Both the position numbers and the translations under genes were made by a program. Positions 53,616 through 64,000 of a stretch of 64,000 bases of DNA are shown one piece after another (within the stretch, counting starts at the first letter, position 1; every line of letters starts with the position of its first letter). Source of the stretch: Auanema rhodensis. Its lineage: Eukaryota > Animalia > Nematoda. The notes below the pieces were generated by a model. It searched no databases and was not told the DNA's origin. It worked only from the letters and a program-made list of their open reading frames with translations. The stretch is taken from NCBI GenBank assembly GCA_964057225.1, contig OZ059894.1, forward strand, positions 8,308,001 to 8,372,000, given 5' to 3'.

Positions 53616-53838
53616 GCCTATTGCGCCACGGAAGCACATATACTCAACAATCTAGACTTGTGAAGGTTCTACTTCTGTTTTAGATCAGTCAATGATCCAT
53701 ATTTTCTGATGTTCTGGTCTATCTTATCCAATCCTTCTAGAAAATTTATGAATGAGATTGTAAGTAGATGAATTAAAATTTTAATTTTGCTTAATTGGAA
53801 CTGTGGAAACCAAAAATATTTCGCTCCCGGGTGGGCTC

Positions 53839-53874
<36 letters not shown>

Positions 53875-54097
53875 GCCTATTGCGCCACGGAAGCACATAT
53901 ACTCAACAATCTAGACTTGTGAAGTTTCTACTTCTGTTTTAGATCAGTCAATGATCCATATTTTCTGATGTTCTGGTCTATCTTATCCAATCCTTCTAGA
54001 AAATTTATGAATGAGATTGTAAGTAGATGAATTAAAATTTTAATTTTGCTTAATTGGAACTGTGGAAACCAAAAATATTTCGCTCCCGGGTGGGCTC

Positions 54098-54133
<36 letters not shown>

Positions 54134-54356
54134 GCCTATTGCGCCACGGAAGCACAAATACTCAACAAACTAGACTTGTGAAGTTTCTACTTCTGTTTTA
54201 GATCAGTCAATGATCCATATTTTCTGATGTTCTGGTCTATCTTATCCAATCCTTCTAGAAAATTTATGAATGAGATCGTAAGTAGATGAATTAAAATTTT
54301 AATTTCGCTTAATTGGAACTGTGGAAACCAAAAATATTTCGCTCCCGGGTGGGCTC

Positions 54357-54392
<36 letters not shown>

Positions 54393-54627
54393 GCCTATTG
54401 CGCCACGGAAGCACATATACTCAACAATCTAGACTTGTGAAGTTTCTACTTCTGTTTTAGATCAGTCAATGATCCAAATTTTCTCATGTTTTGCTCTATC
54501 TTATCCAATCCTTCTAGAAAATTTATGAATGAGATCGTGAGTAGATGAATCAAAATTTTAATTTTGCTTGATTTGAAGCTTAATTGGAACTGTGGAAACC
54601 AAAAATATTTCGCTCCCGGGTGGGCTC

Positions 54628-54663
<36 letters not shown>

Positions 54664-54898
54664 GCCTATTGCGCCACGGAAGCACATATACTCAACAATC
54701 TAGACTTGTGAAGGTTCTACTTCTGTTTTAGATCAGTCAATGATCCATATTTTCTGATGTTCTGGTCTATCTTATCCAATCCTTCTAGAAAATTTATGAA
54801 TGAGATCGTGAGTAGATGAATCAAAATTTTAATTTTGCTTGATTTGAAGCTTAATTGGAACTGTGGAAACCAAAAATATTTCGCTCCCGGGTGGGCTC

Positions 54899-54934
<36 letters not shown>

Positions 54935-55169
54935 GCCTATTGCGCCACGGAAGCACATATACTCAACAATCTAGACTTGTGAAGGTTCTACTTCTGTTTT
55001 AGATCAGTCAATGATCCATATTTTCTGATGTTCTGGTCTATCTTATCCAATCCTTCTAGAAAATTTATGAATGAGATCGTGAGTAGATAAATCAAAATTT
55101 TAATTTTGCTTGATTTGAAGCTTAATTGGAACTGTGGAAACCAAAAATATTTCGCTCCCGGGTGGGCTC

Positions 55170-55205
<36 letters not shown>

Positions 55206-55440
55206 GCCTATTGCGCCACGGAAGCACATATACTCAACAATCTAGACTTGTGAAGTTTCTACTTCTGTTTTAGATCAGTCGATGATCCATATTATCTGAT
55301 GTTCTGGTCTATTTTATCCAATCCTTCTAGAAAATTTATGAATGAGATCGTAAGTAGAGGAATTAAAATTTTAATTTTGCTCAATTTGAAGCTTAATTTG
55401 AACTGTGGAAATCAAAAATGTTTCGCTCCCGGGTGGGCTC

Positions 55441-55476
<36 letters not shown>

Positions 55477-55699
55477 GCCTATTGCGCCACGGAAGCACAT
55501 ATACTCAACAATCTAGACTTGTGAAGTTTCTACTTCTGTTTTAGATCAGTCAATGATCCATATTTTCTGATGTTCTGGTCTATCTTATCCAATCCTTCTA
55601 GAAAATTTATGAATGAGATCGTAAGTAGATGAATTAAAATTTTAATTTTGCTTAATTGGAACTGTGGAAACCAAAAATATTTCGCTCCCGGGTGGGCTC

Positions 55700-55735
<36 letters not shown>

Positions 55736-55958
55736 GCCTATTGCGCCACGGAAGCACATATACTCAACAATCTAGACTTGTGAAGTTTCTACTTCTGTTT
55801 TAGATCAGTCAATGATCCATATTTTCTGATGTTCTGGTCTATCTTATCCAATCTTTCTAGAAAATTTATGAATGAGATCGTAAGTAGATGAATTAAAATT
55901 TCAATTTTGCTTAATTGGAACTGTGGAAACCAAAAATATTTCGCTCCCGGGTGGGCTC

Positions 55959-55994
<36 letters not shown>

Positions 55995-56229
55995 GCCTAT
56001 TGCGCCACGGAAGCACATACTCTCAACAATCTAGACTTGTGAAGTTTCTACTTCTGTTTTAGATCAGTCAATGATCCATATTTTCTGATGTTCTGGTCTA
56101 TCTTATCCAATCCTTCTAGAAAATTTATGAATGAGATCGTGAGTAGATGAATCAAAATTTTAATTTTGCTTGATTTGAAGCTTAATTGGAACTGTGGAAA
56201 CCAAAAATATTTCGCTCCCGGGTGGGCTC

Positions 56230-56265
<36 letters not shown>

Positions 56266-56500
56266 GCCTATTGCGCCACGGAAGCACATATACTCAACAA
56301 TCTAGACTTGTGAAGGTTCTACTTCTGTTTTAGATCAGTCAATGATCCATATTTTCTGATGTTCTGGTCTATCTTATCCAATCCTTCTAGAAAATTTATG
56401 AATGAGATCGTGAGTAGATAAATCAAAATTTTAATTTTGCTTGATTTGAAGCTTAATTGGAACTGTGGAAACCAAAAATATTTCGCTCCCGGGTGGGCTC

Positions 56501-56536
<36 letters not shown>

Positions 56537-56771
56537 GCCTATTGCGCCACGGAAGCACATATACTCAACAATCTAGACTTGTGAAGTTTCTACTTCTGTT
56601 TTAGATCAGTCGATGATCCATATTATCTGATGTTCTGGTCTATTTTATCCAATCCTTCTAGAAAATTTATGAATGAGATCGTAAGTAGAGGAATTAAAAT
56701 TTTAATTTTGCTCAATTTGAAGCTTAATTTGAACTGTGGAAATCAAAAATGTTTCGCTCCCGGGTGGGCTC

Positions 56772-56807
<36 letters not shown>

Positions 56808-57030
56808 GCCTATTGCGCCACGGAAGCACATATACTCAACAATCTAGACTTGTGAAGTTTCTACTTCTGTTTTAGATCAGTCAATGATCCATATTTTCTG
56901 ATGTTCTGGTCTATCTTATCCAATCCTTCTAGAAAATTTATGAATGAGATCGTAAGTAGATGAATTAAAATTTTAATTTTGCTTAATTGGAACTGTGGAA
57001 ACCAAAAATATTTCGCTCCCGGGTGGGCTC

Positions 57031-57066
<36 letters not shown>

Positions 57067-57301
57067 GCCTATTGCGCCACGGAAGCACATATACTCAACA
57101 ATCTAGACTTGTGAAGTTTCTACTTCTGTTTTAGATCAGTCAATGATCCATATTTTCTGATGTTCTGGTCTATCTTATCCAATCTTTCTAGAAAATTTAT
57201 GAATGAGATCGTAAGTAGATGAATTAAAATTTCAATTTTGCTCAATTTGAAGCTTAATTTGAACTGTGGAAATCAAAAATGTTTCGCTCCCGGGTGGGCT
57301 C

Positions 57302-57337
<36 letters not shown>

Positions 57338-57560
57338 GCCTATTGCGCCACGGAAGCACATATACTCAACAATCTAGACTTGTGAAGTTTCTACTTCTGT
57401 TTTAGATCAGTCAATGATCCATATTTTCTGATGTTCTGGTCTATCTTATCCAATCCTTCTAGAAAATTTATGAATGAGATCGTAAGTAGATGAATTAAAA
57501 TTTTAATTTTGCTTAATTTGAACTGTGGAAACGAAAAATATTTCGCTCCCGGGTGGGCTC

Positions 57561-57596
<36 letters not shown>

Positions 57597-57823
57597 GCCT
57601 ATTGCGCCACGGAAGCACATATACTCAACAATCTAGACTTGTGAAGGTTCTACTTCTGTTTTAGATCAGTCAATGATCCATATTTTCTGATGTTCTGGTC
57701 TATCTTATCCAATCCTTCTAGAAAATTTATGAATGAGATTGTAAGTAGATGAATTAAAATTTTAATTTTGCTTAATTTGAACTGTGGAAACGAAAAATAT
57801 TTCGCTCCCGGGTGGGCTCGAAT

Positions 57824-57855
<32 letters not shown>

Positions 57856-58078
57856 GCCTATTGCGCCACGGAAGCACATATACTCAACAATCTAGACTTG
57901 TGAAGTTTCTACTTCTGTTTTAGATCAGTCAATGATCCATATTTTCTGATGTTCTGGTCTATCTTATCCAATCCTTCTAGAAAATTTATGAATGAGATCG
58001 TAAGTAGATGAATTAAAATTTTAATTTTGCTTAATTTGAACTGTGGAAACGAAAAATATTTCGCTCCCGGGTGGGCTC

Positions 58079-58114
<36 letters not shown>

Positions 58115-58337
58115 GCCTATTGCGCCACGGAAGCACATATACTCAACAATCTAGACTTGTGAAGTTTCTACTTCTGTTTTAGATCAGTCAATGATCCATA
58201 TTTTCTGATGTTCTGGTCTATCTTATCCAATCCTTCTAGAAAATTTATGAATGAGATTGTAAGTAGATGAATTAAAATTTTAATTTCGCTTAATTGGAAC
58301 TGTGGAAACCAAAAATATTTCGCTCCCGGGTGGGCTC

Positions 58338-58373
<36 letters not shown>

Positions 58374-58608
58374 GCCTATTGCGCCACGGAAGCACATATA
58401 CTCAACAATCTAGACTTGTGAAGGTTCTACTTCTGTTTTAGATCAGTCAATGATCCATATTTTCTGATGTTCTGGTCTATCTTATCCAATCCTTCTAGAA
58501 AATTTATGAATGAGATCGTGAGTAGATAAATCAAAATTTTAATTTTGCTTGATTTGAAGCTTAATTGGAACTGTGGAAACCAAAAATATTTCGCTCCCGG
58601 GTGGGCTC

Positions 58609-58644
<36 letters not shown>

Positions 58645-58879
58645 GCCTATTGCGCCACGGAAGCACATATACTCAACAATCTAGACTTGTGAAGTTTCTA
58701 CTTCTGTTTTAGATCAGTCGATGATCCATATTTTCTGATGTTCTGGTCTATCTTATCCAATCCTTCTAGAAAATTTATGAATGAGATCGTGAGTAGATAA
58801 ATCAAAATTTTAATTTTGCTTGATTTGAAGCTTAATTGGAACTGTGGAAACCAAAAATATTTCGCTCCCGGGTGGGCTC

Positions 58880-58915
<36 letters not shown>

Positions 58916-59150
58916 GCCTATTGCGCCACGGAAGCACATATACTCAACAATCTAGACTTGTGAAGGTTCTACTTCTGTTTTAGATCAGTCAATGATCCAT
59001 ATTTTCTGATGTTCTGGTCTATCTTATCCAATCCTTCTAGAAAATTTATGAATGAGATCGTGAGTAGATAAATCAAAATTTTAATTTTGCTCGATTTGAA
59101 GCTTAATTGGAACTGTGGAAACCAAAAATATTTCGCTCCCGGGTGGGCTC

Positions 59151-59186
<36 letters not shown>

Positions 59187-59679
59187 GCCTATTGCGCCAC
59201 GGAAGCACATATACTCAACAATCTAGACTTGAGAAGTTTCTACTTCTGTTTTAGATCAGTCAATGATCCATATTTTCTGATGTTCTGGTCTATCTTATCC
59301 AATCATTCTAGAAAATTTATGAATGAGATCGTAAGTAGATGAATTAAAATTTTAATTTCGCTTAATTGGAACTGTGGAAACCAAAAATATTTCGCTCCCG
59401 GGTGGGCTCGAACCACCAACCTTCGGTTAACAGCCGAACGCGCTGCCTATTGCGCCACGGAAGCACATATACTCAACAATCTAGACTTGTGAAGGTTCTA
59501 CTTCTGTTTTAGATCAGTCAATGATCCATATTTTCTGATGTTCTGGTCTATCTTATCCAATCCTTCTAGAAAATTTATGAATGAGATCGTGAGTAGATAA
59601 ATCAAAATTTTAATTTTGCTTGATTTGAAGCTTAATTGGAACTGTGGAAACCAAAAATATTTCGCTCCCGGGTGGGCTC

Positions 59680-59715
<36 letters not shown>

Positions 59716-59950
59716 GCCTATTGCGCCACGGAAGCACATATACTCAACAATCTAGACTTGTGAAGTTTCTACTTCTGTTTTAGATCAGTCGATGATCCAT
59801 ATTTTCTGATGTTCTGGTCTATCTTATCCAATCCTTCTAGAAAATTTATGAATGAGATCGTGAGTAGATTAATCAAAATTTTAATTTTGCTTGATTTGAA
59901 GCTTAATTGGAACTGTGGAAACCAAAAATATTTCGCTCCCGGGTGGGCTC

Positions 59951-59986
<36 letters not shown>

Positions 59987-60209
59987 GCCTATTGCGCCAC
60001 GGAAGCACATATACTCAACAATCTAGACTTGTGAAGTTTCTACTTCTGTTTTAGATCAGTCAATGATTCATATTTTCTGATGTTCTGGTCTATCTTATCC
60101 AATCCTTCTAGAAAATTTATGAATGAGATCGTAAGTAGATGAATTAAAATTTTAATTTTGCTCAATTTGAACTGTGGAAACGAAAAATATTTCGCTCCCG
60201 GGTGGGCTC

Positions 60210-60245
<36 letters not shown>

Positions 60246-60480
60246 GCCTATTGCGCCACGGAAGCACATATACTCAATAATCTAGACTTGTGAAGTTTCT
60301 ACTTCTGTTTTAAATTAGTCAATAATCCATATTTTCTGATGTTCTGGTCTATCTTATCCAATCCTTCTAGAGAATTTATGAATGAGATCGTAAGTAGATG
60401 AATCAAAATTTTAATTTTGCTTAATTTGAAGCTTAATTGGAACTGTGGAAACCAAAAATATTTCGCTCCCGGGTGGGCTC

Positions 60481-60516
<36 letters not shown>

Positions 60517-60751
60517 GCCTATTGCGCCACGGAAGCACATATACTCAACAATCTAGACTTGTGAAGGTTCTACTTCTGTTTTAGATCAGTCAATGATCCA
60601 TATTTTCTGATGTTCTGGTCTATCTTATCCAATCCTTCTAGAAAATTTATGAATGAGATCGTGAGTAGATAAATCAAAATTTTAATTTTGCTTGATTTGA
60701 AGCTTAATTGGAACTGTGGAAACCAAAAATATTTCGCTCCCGGGTGGGCTC

Positions 60752-60787
<36 letters not shown>

Positions 60788-61010
60788 GCCTATTGCGCCA
60801 CGGAAGCACATATACTCAACAATCTAGACTTGTGAAGTTTCTACTTCTGTTTTAGATCAGTCGATGATCCATATTTTCTGATGTTCTGGTCTATCTTATC
60901 CAATCCTTCTAGAAAATTTATGAATGAGATCGTAAGTAGATGAATTAAAATTTTAATTTTGCTTAATTGGAACTGTGGAAACCAAAAATATTTCGCTCCC
61001 GGGTGGGCTC

Positions 61011-61046
<36 letters not shown>

Positions 61047-61269
61047 GCCTATTGCGCCACGGAAGCACATATACTCAATAATCTAGACTTGTGAAGTTTC
61101 TACTTCTGTTTTAAATCAGTCAATAATCCATATTTTCTGATGTTCTGGTATATCTTATCCAATCCTTCTAGAAAATTTATGAATGAGATCGTAAGTAGAT
61201 GAATTAAAATTTTAATTTTGCTTAATTGGAACTGTGGAAACCAAAAATATTTCGCTCCCGGGTGGGCTC

Positions 61270-61305
<36 letters not shown>

Positions 61306-61799
61306 GCCTATTGCGCCACGGAGGCACATATACTCAACAATCTAGACTTGTGAAGGTTCTACTTCTGTTTTAGATCAGTCAATAATCCATATTTTCTGAT
61401 GTTCTGGTCTATCTTATCCAATCCTTCTAGAAAATTTATGAATGAGATCGTGAGTAGATAAATCAAAATTTTAATTTTGCTTGATTTGAAGCTTAATTGG
61501 AACTGTGGAAACCAAAAATATTTCGCTCCCGGGTGGGCTCGAACCACCAACCTTTCGGTTAACAGCTGAACGCGCTGCCTATTGCGCCACGGAAGCACAT
61601 ATACTCAACAATCTAGACTTGTGAAGTTTCTACTTCTGTTTTAGATCAGTCAATGATTCATATTTTCTGATGTTCTGGTCTATCTTATCCAATCCTTCTA
61701 GAAAATTTATGAATGAGATCGTAAGTAGATGAATTAAAATTTTAATTTTGCTCAATTTGAACTGTGGAAACGAAAAATATTTCGCTCCCGGGTGGGCTC

Positions 61800-61835
<36 letters not shown>

Positions 61836-62070
61836 GCCTATTGCGCCACGGAAGCACATATACTCAATAATCTAGACTTGTGAAGTTTCTACTTCTGTTT
61901 TAAATTAGTCAATAATCCATATTTTCTGATGTTCTGGTCTATCTTATCCAATCCTTCTAGAGAATTTATGAATGAGATCGTAAGTAGATGAATCAAAATT
62001 TTAATTTTGCTTAATTTGAAGCTTAATTGGAACTGTGGAAACCAAAAATATTTCGCTCCCGGGTGGGCTC

Positions 62071-62106
<36 letters not shown>

Positions 62107-62329
62107 GCCTATTGCGCCACGGAAGCACATATACTCAATAATCTAGACTTGTGAAGTTTCTACTTCTGTTTTAAATCAGTCAATAATCCATATTTTCTGA
62201 TGTTCTGGTATATCTTATCCAATCCTTCTAGAAAATTTATGAATGAGATCGTAAGTAGATGAATTAAAATTTTAATTTTGCTTAATTGGAACTGTGGAAA
62301 CCAAAAATATTTCGCTCCCGGGTGGGCTC

Positions 62330-62365
<36 letters not shown>

Positions 62366-62600
62366 GCCTATTGCGCCACGGAAGCACATATACTCAACAA
62401 TCTAGACTTGTGAAGTTTCTACTTCTGTTTTAGATCAGTCAATGATCCATATTTTCTGATGTTCTGGTCTATCTTATCCAATCTTTCTAGAAAATTTATG
62501 AATGAGATCGTAAGTAGATGAATTAAAATTTCAATTTTGCTCAATTTGAAGCTTAATTTGAACTGTGGAAATCAAAAATGTTTCGCTCCCGGGTGGGCTC

Positions 62601-62636
<36 letters not shown>

Positions 62637-62871
62637 GCCTATTGCGCCACGGAAGCACATATACTCAACAATCTAGACTTGTGAAGTTCCTACTTCTGTT
62701 TTAGATCAGTCGATGATCCATATTTTCTGATGTTCTGGTCTATTTTATCCAATCCTTCTAGAAAATTTATGAATGAGATCGTAAGTAGAGGAATTAAAAT
62801 TTTAATTTTGCTCAATTTGAAGCTTAATTTGAACTGTGGAAATCAAAAATGTTTCGCTCCCGGGTGGGCTC

Positions 62872-62907
<36 letters not shown>

Positions 62908-63130
62908 GCCTATTGCGCCACGGAAGCACATATACTCAACAATCTAGACTTGTGAAGTTTCTACTTCTGTTTTAGATCAGTCAATGATCCATATTTTCTG
63001 ATGTTCTGGTCTATCTTATCCAATCCTTCTAGAAAATTTATGAATGAGATCGTAAGTAGATGAATTAAAATTTTAATTTTGCTTAATTGGAACTGTGGAA
63101 ACCAAAAATATTTCGCTCCCGCGTGGGCTC

Positions 63131-63166
<36 letters not shown>

Positions 63167-63401
63167 GCCTATTGCGCCACGGAAGCACATATACTCAACA
63201 ATCTAGACTTGTGAAGTTTCTACTTCTGTTTTAGATCAGTCAATGATCCATATTTTCTGATGTTCTGGTCTATCTTATCAAATCTTTCTAGAAAATTTAT
63301 GAATGAGATCGTAAGTAGATGAATTAAAATTTCAATTTTGCTCAATTTGAAGCTTAATTTGAACTGTGGAAATCAAAAATGTTTCGCTCCCGGGTGGGCT
63401 C

Positions 63402-63437
<36 letters not shown>

Positions 63438-63660
63438 GCCTATTGCGCCACGGAAGCACATATACTCAATAATCTAGACTTGTGAAGTTTCTACTTCTGT
63501 TTTAGATCAGTCAATGATCCATATTTTCTGATGTTCTGGTATATCTTATCCAATCCTTCTAGAAAATTTATGAATGAGATCGTAAGTAGATGAATTAAAA
63601 TTTTAATTTTGCTTAATTGGAACTGTGGAAACCAAAAATATTTCGCTCCCGGGTGGGGTC

Positions 63661-63696
<36 letters not shown>

Positions 63697-63931
63697 GCCT
63701 ATTGCGCCACGGAAGCACATATACTCAACAATCTAGACTTGTGAAGTTTCTACTTCTGTTTTAGATCAGTCAATGATCCATATTTTCTGATGTTCTGGTC
63801 TATCTTATCCAATCTTTCTAGAAAATTTATGAATGAGATCGTAAGTAGATGAATTAAAATTTCAATTTTGCTCAATTTGAAGCTTAATTTGAACTGTGGA
63901 AATCAAAAATGTTTCGCTCCCGGGTGGGCTC

Positions 63932-63967
<36 letters not shown>

Positions 63968-64000
63968 GCCTATTGCGCCACGGAAGCACATATACTCAAC
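39556..64000 (-). repeat. Tandem tRNA-Asn(GTT) array, - arm, segment 2 (about 91 genes; 259/271/343-bp units)
   Basis: Reverse-complement units continue to the right edge; short higher-order duplications of 4-6 units. Confidence 0.97.
63915..63987 (-). tRNA. tRNA-Asn(GTT), last copy in the window
   Basis: Exact reverse complement of 170-242. Confidence 0.95.

Noticed and set aside
168-63718. About 200 repeated 75-103 aa ORFs (MLPWRNRQ..., MFWSILSN...)
   Set aside because: They are translations of the tRNA plus spacer; most start at GTG, and they are freely broken by stops and 1-bp indels among copies.
1-64000. CRISPR-like repeat-spacer array
   Set aside because: Spacers are near-identical rather than unique, the repeat is a full tRNA, and there are no cas genes.

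Overview
Eukaryotic, probably nematode, DNA made almost entirely of a tandem array of tRNA-Asn(GTT) genes. Each unit is a 73-nt gene, an oligo-T Pol III terminator and an AT-rich spacer, mostly 259 or 271 bp long. I count about 212 full-length copies by hand: about 114 on + (1-34208) and about 98 on - (34210-64000). The two arms converge at an inversion junction that cuts a tRNA in its anticodon loop, and the array has clear higher-order repeats. It is interrupted by two different, apparently young, non-autonomous LTR retroelements (2984-7138 and 36024-39555). Both have 4-bp TSDs, a tRNA-Gln primer-binding site and non-canonical CG-ending LTR termini, and both lack recognisable gag/pol motifs. 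They carry unrelated orphan ORFs, including an intron-containing gene antisense to element B. Both LTRs also contain extra sequence complementary to the 5' half of the primer tRNA-Gln. The ~200 repeated 75-103 aa ORFs in the track are artefacts of translating the tRNA repeat. tRNA reference sequences were recalled from memory, not searched.
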